Positions 1-9,562 of a stretch of 64,000 nt of DNA are shown here, in pieces. The stretch is taken from positions 762-64,761 of the IMG/VR virus record IMGVR_UViG_3300023213_000167; one strand, given 5' to 3'. How positions within the stretch are numbered: position 1 is the first letter of the stretch; each line of letters starts with the position of its first letter. Source of the DNA: a virus. Under the pieces are notes generated by a model that saw only the letters and a program-made list of their open reading frames with translations, was not told the DNA's origin and did no database searches. The translations under genes were made by a program, and so were the position numbers.

Positions 1-960
1 TTGGAGTTGGAGCACCTCCCGGAGCAATACGGTATGGAACGTGGCCGCTTTGGCATCGAGGAGGCCGCCGCCGGGCGTGCCGCCACAAAGTTTCCATACG
101 AAGTAAAGGGGTTGGAGTACGAGGAATTCCGGCGCGGCAAGGAAAAAGAGTTTGCCGACCGCATGACCGCACTTGGACCGAACGCCACAGACGAGCAGCG
201 GCGCCAGGTGCTGCAATCTTACGTTCCCTACTTCCCTCAGGCCAGTTGGGCGCGCGGCGCGTTGTTCGGTAAGCAAAATACCGCGGAGCAGGCTATTGGC
301 GAGATCATGGATAAGGTTAGTCGCGGTATGCCCCTAAATGAGCGGGAGCAGTGGATTCTTGAGCAATGGGGCGCGAGCAAGGCCCATAATTTCCAGAACG
401 AGTTTCATCAGCAACAATTGTTGGACCGTGTCCAAAACGAAGCTTCCATCGCCGTAAACAAGATGGGTGCAGGTTTCGGTGGGTGGGAAACACAGTTCAC
501 GAACCCCGCAGATCTCATGGCTGTACAGCAATATCTTACCGCGCGGGAAGCCGCCGTGCGTGCGCGACAACTGGGCCTGCCTGAGAACATGATGCCGATG
601 CCTACAGAGGAACCTCCGGCATACCGTGACTGGCGGCAAAAGGGCGCACAGGAACGCAGTGACAAACAGTACGGAGAGCGTCCGTGGGGCCAATTCTTTG
701 CCCCCCGTCCTATCGCACCCGACGTTGGTCCTGAAGGACCAGTGGGTCCCCGGGGCGCTCCCGCGGTTATGAATACACGGACTGGCGGAGCCGCCGGTGC
801 GGCTGGCCCGACTACCCGTGCCTTCCCTGGCCCAGGACACGCTCATCCCGTAGGCAGCACCTTCACATCTCCTGTCCGCGTATTTGACCCCAAGATGGGG
901 CCCGGTACCCTTCCGGCTGGCGCGCCATTGCCGCCCGGCGCCACTGTAATTGGCCGATAA
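1..960 (+). CDS. Internal virion/ejection protein, 5'-truncated
   Basis: ORF open from the window edge. Q/E/A-rich helical protein with G/P-rich tail, overlapping the start of a 1095-aa gene; the position matches podoviral ejection genes. Confidence 0.5.
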   Translation: MELEHLPEQYGMERGRFGIEEAAAGRAATKFPYEVKGLEYEEFRRGKEKEFADRMTALGPNATDEQRRQVLQSYVPYFPQASWARGALFGKQNTAEQAIGEIMDKVSRGMPLNEREQWILEQWGASKAHNFQNEFHQQQLLDRVQNEASIAVNKMGAGFGGWETQFTNPADLMAVQQYLTAREAAVRARQLGLPENMMPMPTEEPPAYRDWRQKGAQERSDKQYGERPWGQFFAPRPIAPDVGPEGPVGPRGAPAVMNTRTGGAAGAAGPTTRAFPGPGHAHPVGSTFTSPVRVFDPKMGPGTLPAGAPLPPGATVIGR

Positions 961-3900
961 TACCGGAGGCGTCATTTGGGATAACCCGCCAGGTCAGGCG
1001 CCCACGCCTGGGCCGCAGGGGGTCATATGGGATAACCCGCCCGGCCAGCCCGGCGCTGCCGGGGCTGGCCCCACCAGCGGGGTTATCTGGGATAATCAAG
1101 CCAACCCCAGCCCACTGACCGCCACCATGGCAGGGGAGGAAACGGGGCTCCTACCGGTGCTGAAGGAGATGTATGGCGCCAGTCGGCTCGGCGCTCCGCC
1201 GTGGCATCCCATGCAATCTCTGGCGGGGCCTGGGGGCACGGTTTACCCCGCAGGCAAGGCGCTCGATGTTGCCGCGGGTGCGGCGGACATCTTCACCCGG
1301 CCTATGCTGGCGTTGCCTAACATCATCATGCATGGCGCGAAGCAGGGTGCCGCTTCCCTTGGTGCACCCCCGTGGTTACAAACCGCCGCGGAGGTGGGCG
1401 CCGGTGTCAGCGTTCCCGGCCTGCCTATTATCAAAGGCCTGCAGTACCTGGGTCGCGCGGGGCGCGTTGCCGGGGCACTGGGGGAGACTGCCTCGGCCGC
1501 CCGACCGGCAGCCGAAGCCGCGGCCGTACGTCCGGGCGCGGCAGCGGCGGATTTGGAGACCTCTAGTCTACGGGATCGTCTGTACGCCTGGCAAAGCGTG
1601 CCACGTGGCAAAGTGGCAGACCCCGTGCAGGGCGACATGCTGAAGCGTTCCGACATGGCGGACCGCATCGCGCGCCAAATGGTGCGTATGAAGACCACCG
1701 CGGAAGGTGAACAGATTCCCTTCCCCATGACAGAGACACCCATTCCTGGCGGTAAGGGGCGCGTAGACGTGGAGTTCACGCCTCCCGCGCAGCAAGAACT
1801 TCCGCTCATGGGGCGCGGAGAAGGCACGCCACCCGGAGAGCCTCCTGGACGCGTCGGCGGCGGCGGTCCTAAGCCGCCTCCTGTACCTCCGGACGATATC
1901 CCTGGCGCCAGCAACGCATACAAGGGTCGCGGCCTGTGGGGCGGCACGGTAAGGGATGCCGTAGAGAATTTCTTCGGCCGCATCCCTGGCATGGCCAGTT
2001 TAAAGGGTCAGCTGGTACCCAACTACATGAAGGACCAGGAAGCCATCAGCCTGAGCCGGGAGTATGAGGGCAGCCATGGTCTGGCACAGCTTATCGCGGA
2101 TGAATCTCGGAAGGAAATGAAGGCCGCCCTAAAGGGCAGTGACCTCACCGAGAAGGATCTTGGCATGGCCATCAAGGGTGATCCCCAGGCCAGCCCCGCG
2201 GCCCTGCGGGCAGTGCGGGAGTGGCGCGCGGAGATTGACAACAACACCCGGGAGCTGATCAGCCGCGGCTATAAGCCGGAGGAATTGCGTGCCAACATCG
2301 GTACCTATGCCCGCCGGGTATATCTGCGCGACATCATGCATGGAGGGTACCACCCGCGCGCGGAAGACCTCGCGGATGCCCGTGCGTATCTGCAAAAGAG
2401 TCTTATGTTCGAGGGCCGGGCGGCCACGCCCGCGGAGATCGAGGGTGCGATCCAGCAAATTCTCAGCCCTAACAGTTCTGTCACTTATACGCTTGGCGGC
2501 GTTCGTATCCCTATTGGCCCCCTCATCGAGAGACAAAATATTCCGGAACCTATCCGTCGGCTCATGGGTGAGGTCCAAGAAGGCAGTTACCTCACCGCCC
2601 GCACCATCTTTGACCAGCGGAAGCTTATTGCCGCCGACGACCTGTACCGGACCTTGGCTAAGACACACGCCAGCAGCACACCTTTGCCGGGCTATACGCC
2701 GCTACCTAACACGTGGAACTACGGGCCCCTAAAGGGGCTATACGTACCTAACCGGATCTTTGAGGACCTCAAGGCATTCGGGACCTTCGGCAGAGATGAT
2801 GAGACGGCGCGCATGTTCACCACGTTCTACTTCAATATGCTAAACGGGTTCAAGGCCGCGCATACCATCTTCAACCCGACGACCCACATACGCAATATCG
2901 TGGGCAACGTAGCCTTCGCGGACTTCGCCAACGCCAATCCCATTTATCCCTGGAACTGGCGCTACTACAAGCAAGCAGCTGATGCCATCCGCCTCGGCAT
3001 CTACAGCCCGGAATTTGTGGAAGCTCTGAAGGCCGGGGCCATCGGGGCGGAGGCTTACGGGCGGGAGACACTGTGGGCCCGCGACCTTGCGACCGGAGGG
3101 AGTAAGAATATCTGGGAGTCCATTACCAAGGCTGTAGGCGACGTGCCGCGGTACGTGACGGAGAAAAGTAAGTTGGGCGCCCTGTACAACAATGAGGACC
3201 GCCTGTTTAAGCTGGCGTCCTACATGAAAGCACGCGCCGGGGGCATGGACCCCCGTGCAGCCAGCAACCTGGTGAACAACTGGTTCCCCAACTACGCCGA
3301 GGTGGGGAAGCTGGTTGCCGCGGTGCGGGGCAGCCGCAATACACGCGGGGCCAACTTCATGGCCACCGCGTTGGGCAATCCTTTCGCATCGTTCAGGGCG
3401 GAGGCTACCCGCATCGGGTATAACGCCTTCTGGCAACACCCGGTGAAGTTCTTCAAGTGGATGGCCCTGCCCAGCCTTATGTCCTACGGGGCCGCCGCGG
3501 CCACCGGCATGAGTATCAGTGACATGCGACGTATGTATAGTCAGTTGCCCTCCTACCTACAGCAGCCAAGTACAGGCATGGTGGGGTTCAGGGATGAGAA
3601 GGGCAACCCCATGTTCATTGACTTCACCAACTTCCACTATCTGGGAAGTATCCTGGGGTACAATCCGAGAACCCCGGGTCTGGAAGCCATTTGGGGGCGC
3701 GATGCATTATGGCGTGGAACTGGGGCAGGACTCATGAATGAGTTTGCCACAGGCAACCCGCTACTGGGCGGCATGTTCTCTGCACTAAATAACGTGAATC
3801 TGTTCAGCGGGCGGCCGTTGGTGCATACCTGGGACCCCACCGGCACGAAGCTGGCGGGCTATGGCGGGGAGCTAGCACAAACCGTAATACCCCCGTGGAT

Positions 3901-4237
3901 GCCCGGTGGCAACAAGTTCCGTGAGATGCAGCAGGCGTGGCGGGGCCTACCGGGGCGTTATGGTCAGACCCGGTCCTTTGGACGGGCAGCGGCGGGCGAG
4001 ATGCTGGGGATGCAGTTCATCCCGATAGATGCGCAAATGAAGCGGTGGAACCTAGCCCGCGAGCGTGGCGAGACCATGGAAGCCAAGCGAGAACTGTTAC
4101 ACGTCATGTCTGACGTGCATCTCACCCCGGAGGAACGGCGCACGCAGGCGCGTGAGCTATTAGAAATCATCCGGGAACAGCTGAAGCCCCGGCCGGTCAG
4201 CAACGCGGCCAACATCCAATTCCCCGTCGGAGGTTAG
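950..4237 (+). CDS. Large internal virion (ejection/DNA-delivery) protein
   Basis: 1095 aa with a low-complexity N-terminus carrying 3 GVIWDN repeats and a helical C-terminal half. Size and position before the tail fibres match T7 gp16/P22 gp16-type genes. Confidence 0.6.
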   Translation: MADNTGGVIWDNPPGQAPTPGPQGVIWDNPPGQPGAAGAGPTSGVIWDNQANPSPLTATMAGEETGLLPVLKEMYGASRLGAPPWHPMQSLAGPGGTVYPAGKALDVAAGAADIFTRPMLALPNIIMHGAKQGAASLGAPPWLQTAAEVGAGVSVPGLPIIKGLQYLGRAGRVAGALGETASAARPAAEAAAVRPGAAAADLETSSLRDRLYAWQSVPRGKVADPVQGDMLKRSDMADRIARQMVRMKTTAEGEQIPFPMTETPIPGGKGRVDVEFTPPAQQELPLMGRGEGTPPGEPPGRVGGGGPKPPPVPPDDIPGASNAYKGRGLWGGTVRDAVENFFGRIPGMASLKGQLVPNYMKDQEAISLSREYEGSHGLAQLIADESRKEMKAALKGSDLTEKDLGMAIKGDPQASPAALRAVREWRAEIDNNTRELISRGYKPEELRANIGTYARRVYLRDIMHGGYHPRAEDLADARAYLQKSLMFEGRAATPAEIEGAIQQILSPNSSVTYTLGGVRIPIGPLIERQNIPEPIRRLMGEVQEGSYLTARTIFDQRKLIAADDLYRTLAKTHASSTPLPGYTPLPNTWNYGPLKGLYVPNRIFEDLKAFGTFGRDDETARMFTTFYFNMLNGFKAAHTIFNPTTHIRNIVGNVAFADFANANPIYPWNWRYYKQAADAIRLGIYSPEFVEALKAGAIGAEAYGRETLWARDLATGGSKNIWESITKAVGDVPRYVTEKSKLGALYNNEDRLFKLASYMKARAGGMDPRAASNLVNNWFPNYAEVGKLVAAVRGSRNTRGANFMATALGNPFASFRAEATRIGYNAFWQHPVKFFKWMALPSLMSYGAAAATGMSISDMRRMYSQLPSYLQQPSTGMVGFRDEKGNPMFIDFTNFHYLGSILGYNPRTPGLEAIWGRDALWRGTGAGLMNEFATGNPLLGGMFSALNNVNLFSGRPLVHTWDPTGTKLAGYGGELAQTVIPPWMPGGNKFREMQQAWRGLPGRYGQTRSFGRAAAGEMLGMQFIPIDAQMKRWNLARERGETMEAKRELLHVMSDVHLTPEERRTQARELLEIIREQLKPRPVSNAANIQFPVGG

Positions 4238-4243
4238 TACAAC

Positions 4244-4672
4244 ATGGCTTTGCCCAGCGCGAATATTAGTGATCTTGCACAACTCTCCTACAAGGAGACC
4301 GGCACAGGCATTGTGGGTTCGCTTGTTTGCCCAGCCCCTGGTCAACACTTCACTCCGATAACCAATGTCTCCGGCGCCAATGCCTCCATGCAGCTTAATA
4401 CAGGGGGTTTTGGTGGAATGCGGTGGGTTCTACGCCGCCTCTTCGGTTTCCTCAGCGCCGCGGGTACCGCAACGGTCAGCATACAACACGCAAGTGGCAT
4501 TGTGTGGACGTTACCTAACTTGACATCTACGGCACAGATCAGCCTGATTCCCTCGCCGGATTTGCCAGAGGTTGGCCTTGTCACGCCCAGCGGGTTTGCC
4601 CTTATCATTAACGTTGGCGCCGCCGGTGTAGGCGTCACAAGCACCATCATCATGCTGGCGGACCTTATCTAA
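4244..4672 (+). CDS. Hypothetical virion protein
   Basis: 142 aa, G/A/T/S-rich and beta-like, tightly packed between structural genes. Confidence 0.5.
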   Translation: MALPSANISDLAQLSYKETGTGIVGSLVCPAPGQHFTPITNVSGANASMQLNTGGFGGMRWVLRRLFGFLSAAGTATVSIQHASGIVWTLPNLTSTAQISLIPSPDLPEVGLVTPSGFALIINVGAAGVGVTSTIIMLADLI

Positions 4673-4674
4673 TC

Positions 4675-6135
4675 ATGCCACCTGTATATCTCCCGAACGG
4701 ACAACAAATCGTCCGTGCCTTCACGTTTGATGACACGGGTAGTCACGCCCTCACCCTGGCGGACGACGGGAACATTTATTGGGTCAGTAACCCTATTGCC
4801 CCCACGCCCATTGAGGTACTGAAATGGAACCCGACCAGTGGGCTTCTCAGCATCCAGGGCACAGACGGTCAGAACGCCAGCCTGCGGATTCCACGCTTCA
4901 CCAACGCCACGCTACCTCCAGCAGGAACCACGGGGCGTATTGCGTATACAACGGATGACAACAACTTCCGCATTGACATAGGCAGCGCCTGGCAAAGCGT
5001 CAGCATCTTTAACATTCTGGGCGTCTCCGCCGGTGGTACCGGCACAAACACGTTCACCGCCGGGTATGTCAAGAGTCCGGGTGGCACCACCGCCTTCACC
5101 ACGCAGGCTACGCCCATCCCGGTAGGCGACGGGGGGCTAGGTATCGCCAACCCTGCCGCCCACGCCCTGTTGCTGGGGGAAGGTACCAATCCGGCTAACG
5201 CGCTGGTGCTTATCAATGGTCAACTGCCCATTGGGAGTACGGGGGCGGATCCGGTTGCGGCGACACTAACGGGTACACCTGGCAACCTAACGGTAGCAAA
5301 TGCCGCCGGCAGCATCACCCTTGCGGCGCCCGTGCCCGGTTCAGGACGGCTGTTGTTCTCCTCGGCTACACTGCTGACATTTAAGCCGTTTAATGGAAAC
5401 ATAGTGTTCATACCTGGCACCAGCAAAGCATACACCATCCCACAGGCGGGAGTGCAAATCGCAAACACCAATGTCTCCGTTGGTGGCGTCGCTGGTCAGA
5501 ACCTGGCAGCCAACACGACGTACTGGCTGTACTTGTTCGACAGCGCGGGTGCGCTCACGCCTGATTTCTACACCGCAAGTGCCCACACCTTTGATAACAC
5601 AACCGGTTGGGAGATCCGCACGGGCGACAACACCCGAATCTTCATTGGCCTCGTGCGTACAAATGGGTCCTCGCAGTTCGAGCTAGATAACACGTTGCTG
5701 GGCGTTGCATCCTGGTACAACCGGCGCGCGACATCTGCCGTCACCGCAACCTTTGCTACGACCATTACTCCGGCCAACAGCAACGGTGTATGGGTTGAGG
5801 CTTCGTCTATACAGTTTCGCATCAATTTCGTTGCATTCGCTGACGAGGATGTTCTTCTACTTCCTATTGTACCAACAGGTGCTACCACTACTAACTCTGC
5901 TTGGGCAGTTGGACTAGACGGGACAACACCAACACAGGGCGGTATATGGATTGCAACCGCACTCGGCTCCGCAATAAGTCAGAACGGTAGCACGACCATA
6001 CGACCAACAGAAGGATTCCACTTCGCAACAATCATGTACATCGATTTTGGCGGCGGGACCATAAACTTCTTTGGCACCTCGGCACTAGGCTTCTCCGCCG
6101 GATTCACCATGAACCAAATCGTGGTACGCATTTGA
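4675..6135 (+). CDS. Tail fibre / receptor-binding protein
   Basis: 486 aa, G/T/A-rich with fibre-like motifs (GVSAGGTG, PIPVGDGGLG, LPIGSTGADPVAATLTG). N-terminus resembles that of the tailspike at 6715. Confidence 0.7.
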   Translation: MPPVYLPNGQQIVRAFTFDDTGSHALTLADDGNIYWVSNPIAPTPIEVLKWNPTSGLLSIQGTDGQNASLRIPRFTNATLPPAGTTGRIAYTTDDNNFRIDIGSAWQSVSIFNILGVSAGGTGTNTFTAGYVKSPGGTTAFTTQATPIPVGDGGLGIANPAAHALLLGEGTNPANALVLINGQLPIGSTGADPVAATLTGTPGNLTVANAAGSITLAAPVPGSGRLLFSSATLLTFKPFNGNIVFIPGTSKAYTIPQAGVQIANTNVSVGGVAGQNLAANTTYWLYLFDSAGALTPDFYTASAHTFDNTTGWEIRTGDNTRIFIGLVRTNGSSQFELDNTLLGVASWYNRRATSAVTATFATTITPANSNGVWVEASSIQFRINFVAFADEDVLLLPIVPTGATTTNSAWAVGLDGTTPTQGGIWIATALGSAISQNGSTTIRPTEGFHFATIMYIDFGGGTINFFGTSALGFSAGFTMNQIVVRI

Positions 6136-6548
6136 TAATGACGCTTACCGATCAGCTCATGCGCGACGAGGGCGTGGTGTTACACGCCTACCGGGACGCG
6201 TTGGGCAACCTGACCATAGGCGTTGGACATAACCTGGATGCCAAGGGTATCAGCCACCGCGCAGTCATGGTGATATTGGCGGACGACATAAATGATGCCC
6301 GTCATGACCTGGTTGCCGCACTCCCGTGGGTGACCAAGCTAGACATGGCACGGCAGGATGCGCTGACGAACATGTGCTTCAACATGGGCATTGTAGGGCT
6401 GCAGGGTTTCACCAACATGCTGGCGGCGCTTCAGGCGGGAGACTGGGCGACGGCAGCACGGGAGGCCCTGCAGAGCAAGTGGGCCACGCAGGTGGGCGAA
6501 CGTGCCACCCGCCTAGCACACCAATTCGAGACAGGCACGTACCAATAA
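6132..6548 (+). CDS. Endolysin, GH24/T4-lysozyme-like muramidase
   Basis: Catalytic E-8x-D-5x-T pattern (RDEGVVLHAYRDALGNLTIGVGHNL), plus RQDALTNMCFNMG and SKWATQVGERA motifs. Confidence 0.9.
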   Translation: MIMTLTDQLMRDEGVVLHAYRDALGNLTIGVGHNLDAKGISHRAVMVILADDINDARHDLVAALPWVTKLDMARQDALTNMCFNMGIVGLQGFTNMLAALQAGDWATAAREALQSKWATQVGERATRLAHQFETGTYQ

Positions 6549-6558
6549 GGAGACAGAT

Positions 6559-6711
6559 ATGGTAGACGTAGTTCTACACGCAGTAGGCGCGGTAGCGTTG
6601 GTATTGGGCGGCGGATATGGTGGATACAAGGTTGGCCGGAAGGTCGAGGCCAAGGCGCAGGCGGCGCTTCGCGCGGCCGCGGCCGTTGTGGACGCAGTTA
6701 AGAAAGCGTAG
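6559..6711 (+). CDS. Small membrane protein (50 aa), not in the ORF track
   Basis: AAGGAG RBS then ATG; MVDVVLHAVGAVALVLGGGYGGYKVGRKVEAKAQAALRAAAAVVDAVKKA; fills the gap after the endolysin exactly. Confidence 0.6.
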   Translation: MVDVVLHAVGAVALVLGGGYGGYKVGRKVEAKAQAALRAAAAVVDAVKKA

Positions 6712-6714
6712 TAA

Positions 6715-8427
6715 ATGCCCCTTAGAGAAGATCAGTACGCGCCAAACGGGCGGTGGTTTATGCCCGCCATCAGTTTTTCCACTGATGATAAGTACACCAT
6801 CACCCGTGATATTAATGACCGCATTGTATTCGTCGGTAATTTTAATACTAACCCTGTTGAGGTCATGGTATGGGATCCCGCGACTAATTTTGTGACTTTT
6901 GGCGGGCCAGTAGGGTTGCCTGTGTACATAAAAGCCTCCTTGCCTGCTTCTGCGACTGATGGCGCATTGGCGCGCGTCAGCGATGATATACGTGGAATTT
7001 GGGCCTTCTCGGCCGCAAAAGCGGGCTGGGTTTCGGTTACTGGAGTCGCAAACGTTCAAGACTTTGGCGCCGTGGGCGATGGGGCGACGGACGACTCCAC
7101 GGCGATCCAGAACGCGATCAACGCGGCCCCAACTGGTGGGACTGTTTATCTTCCGGCTGCCACTTATGCCGTTGCGACCGGACTGACGATTAACGGATCA
7201 CAAGGCGTCGCCAAACTAGCCGGTTCGGGCTCGGGCGCGGACGGCTCGACAACGATCAAGTTCACCGGCACAGGCGCAGCCCTCACGATCGGCAGTGCGG
7301 CCAATCCGGTCAATGGATTTCTCGTCGAAAATCTTCAGGTTAACGTCCCTTCGGGACAGACCGGGGTCAGGATTTTCCGCAGTTTGCGCGTTCATGTCCG
7401 TGACGTGCGCGTGCAACTGGCTGGGAGCGGCACTGCCTTTGAATTGGACGGCAACGGAGTCCAAAACTACTTCAACTACCTTGAGCATATCGAAGTCACG
7501 AACACGACCCAAGCCCATCCCTACCTCGGCAAGGGCGTGTGGATTCACAATGAGGGCAACTCCAACGCTCTCATCAGCGGTGTCATTCAGTGGGTCGACA
7601 CCGGCATCCAGATCGAAAAAGGAACCGGGACCGCCGCGTCGCAAAATCTCGTCCAAGCAACAGAAATACAGCACTTCGAGACATTCGGGATCAACCTGCC
7701 CGCTTCGGCCACCGGGACGGGGAACATCTTTATCAACAACGCGATTGAGAACGTCGGCGGCCTTGGGACGGGAATCAACATCGCTGATACAACCGCGCCA
7801 GCAACATTCCTCCTTGGGAATAGCTATAGCGGGCTCGCGACCAATCTCAACGATCTGTCGGATAATACGGCATTTCGACAGACGATGCAGTTTGATATTG
7901 ATCGCCAGCGATTCGCGAACATGATCTTCGAGTATCAAGCGGCGACCGGATCACGGATTCGTGGGCAGCGCTGGTCTAGAGCCGCCCCTTCCGATCAGCA
8001 AACCGACGTCATTGGTAATCCCCTCAGGCTGTTTCACGCGGCTAATACCACAACGCCGGGCCTTCAGACGAACATCGACGGGAGCAACAACCCCTTTATC
8101 ATCGCATCCCACGGACTCAACATCGTAACCTACAGCGCCTCCATGACACCCAATGCCACGCCGGGGCGCACGCAACGGATCAGCGCGACCGATGGGAACG
8201 CTTTCACGATCAACAACCCGACGAATAGCCAAGTCGGTGACATTCTCATCGTGATGATCCGCAACACGTCCGGCGGAGCGCTCGGAGCGGCAACGTTCGC
8301 AGCAGGCTACAAACTCGGCGCCGCGTGGGTGCAGCCAGCCAACGGGTTTAGCCGGAGTATCCAGTTCCTCAACGATGGCACTAATTGGGTCGAGGTCAGC
8401 CGAGCGGCGGCGGACGTGGCGAACTAA
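6715..8427 (+). CDS. Tailspike / depolymerase with pectin-lyase-like beta-helix
   Basis: NVQDFGAVGDGATDDSTAIQNAINAA...GGTVYLPAATY cap motif followed by N/G-rich beta-helix repeats. Confidence 0.85.
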   Translation: MPLREDQYAPNGRWFMPAISFSTDDKYTITRDINDRIVFVGNFNTNPVEVMVWDPATNFVTFGGPVGLPVYIKASLPASATDGALARVSDDIRGIWAFSAAKAGWVSVTGVANVQDFGAVGDGATDDSTAIQNAINAAPTGGTVYLPAATYAVATGLTINGSQGVAKLAGSGSGADGSTTIKFTGTGAALTIGSAANPVNGFLVENLQVNVPSGQTGVRIFRSLRVHVRDVRVQLAGSGTAFELDGNGVQNYFNYLEHIEVTNTTQAHPYLGKGVWIHNEGNSNALISGVIQWVDTGIQIEKGTGTAASQNLVQATEIQHFETFGINLPASATGTGNIFINNAIENVGGLGTGINIADTTAPATFLLGNSYSGLATNLNDLSDNTAFRQTMQFDIDRQRFANMIFEYQAATGSRIRGQRWSRAAPSDQQTDVIGNPLRLFHAANTTTPGLQTNIDGSNNPFIIASHGLNIVTYSASMTPNATPGRTQRISATDGNAFTINNPTNSQVGDILIVMIRNTSGGALGAATFAAGYKLGAAWVQPANGFSRSIQFLNDGTNWVEVSRAAADVAN

Positions 8428-8428
8428 A

Positions 8429-8896
8429 ATGAGCTTTCTAACATGGTTATCGGGAAGTACCCCCGGCGGCGCGGTAGGCGAAGCCGGCGCCAAAGTTATA
8501 GAGGGCCTCGGTCAGACTATTGAGGGTCTGATTGAGGAATGGCATCTACCCCCCGCACAGGCGCAGCAATTCCTGCTGGCGTTCAAGCAAGCGGAGCTAC
8601 AGTATGCTCAGGCCTATCTGAATGACGTGGAGGGCGCCCGGCAAATGCAGGCCGCGACGCACAGCTATGTGCCCGGGGCGCTGACGTTGTTAAATGTGAT
8701 TGGGTTCTTTGGTGTGATGATATACGGAGCTTACCACGGGTTGCCGGCTACTAATGAGTTCATGATCATGGTAGGCGCGCTGGTAAATGGGTATGGCATG
8801 GTGCTCAGCTTCTGGCTAGGCAGCAGCCGATCTTCTCAGTCTAAAGACTGGATGCTGTGGCGCAGTACGCCGAGTGGCAACGGTAACGGCAAATGA
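8429..8896 (+). CDS. Holin-like membrane protein
   Basis: ATG 1 nt after the tailspike stop; two C-terminal hydrophobic segments and an LSFWLGSSRSS motif typical of 3TM-holin-like phage proteins. Confidence 0.6.
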   Translation: MSFLTWLSGSTPGGAVGEAGAKVIEGLGQTIEGLIEEWHLPPAQAQQFLLAFKQAELQYAQAYLNDVEGARQMQAATHSYVPGALTLLNVIGFFGVMIYGAYHGLPATNEFMIMVGALVNGYGMVLSFWLGSSRSSQSKDWMLWRSTPSGNGNGK

Positions 8897-9111
8897 CGGT
8901 AGTGTGGCTGCTGGTGGTCTGGCTAACCTATGGCAGCGCGCCCGACACACTATACTTTGAACAGTATGAGACGTGCAAGGCCGCCCGGGAAGAAGTGATA
9001 TATAAGCTCAGTAGCACCGATCAGGACAGCTTTGCCTTTAGTGGACCCCCGTATGGAGGGGTCAGCAAATGTACGAAGATAGAGGTGGAAAGGGTCCCCC
9101 GCCGCACCTGA
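8893..9111 (+). CDS. Small signal/TM-anchored protein
   Basis: 72 aa; ATGA overlap with the holin-like gene; hydrophobic N-terminus then FEQYETC. Confidence 0.55.
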   Translation: MTVVWLLVVWLTYGSAPDTLYFEQYETCKAAREEVIYKLSSTDQDSFAFSGPPYGGVSKCTKIEVERVPRRT

Positions 9112-9236
9112 CGGCACACCCCGTCAGCGAAGGCACCGCGGGGGTGTTTCACGCTGTTATTGCGGCGCTGTACTTATTCGCCCTGTGGTACCACGCCATG
9201 GCCGCGTGGCGCCACCTAAAGGAACGGGTGCGGTAA
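9069..9236 (+). CDS. Small membrane protein (55 aa), not in the ORF track
   Basis: GGAGG about 9 nt upstream of ATG; MYEDRGGKGPPPHLTAHPVSEGTAGVFHAVIAALYLFALWYHAMAAWRHLKERVR; stops just before the terminator. Confidence 0.5.
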   Translation: MYEDRGGKGPPPHLTAHPVSEGTAGVFHAVIAALYLFALWYHAMAAWRHLKERVR

Positions 9237-9238
9237 AC

Positions 9239-9273
9239 AAAAAAGGCCCCGGGGCAAATGCCTCGGGGCCTTT
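9239..9273. terminator. Intrinsic terminator at the convergent junction
   Basis: aaaaaa-ggccccgggg-caaatg-cctcggggcc-ttt; 10-bp stem with a U6 tract on the minus strand and U3 on the plus strand. Confidence 0.8.
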
Positions 9274-9322
9274 CGTACATATGGCGCAGGTGTTGTAGTT
9301 TGGCTAGTATACTATATATATA

Positions 9323-9562
9323 TTACCGCGATTTCAGCGCCTGCAGGCGCCGATTGACTTCCTCCTGTGAACTGTACTGCGCGGGTGTGACGATGAGACG
9401 GGGTTCCTGTTGCTCCCTCTCTTGTTCATACAGCGTCACGGCGTTGCTCAACAGGACAGCTACAAAGTCCCCGTGACTCGCGTCGTTATCCCCCTTGAGG
9501 CGTAGGATGCGTTCCCACAGGGGCCACTCCACCAGCAACCGTATCTCCCGGTAGCGGGCCAT
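9323..9562 (-). CDS. Small putative DNA-binding protein (ribbon-helix-helix-like)
   Basis: 79 aa; REIRLLV strand followed by two helices (WPLWERILRLK; HGDFVAVLLSNAV). Confidence 0.4.
   Translation of the reverse strand: MARYREIRLLVEWPLWERILRLKGDNDASHGDFVAVLLSNAVTLYEQEREQQEPRLIVTPAQYSSQEEVNRRLQALKSR

Noticed and set aside
4675-6135. Diversity-generating retroelement targeting the tail fibre tip
   Set aside because: No reverse transcriptase and no template/variable repeat pair were seen.
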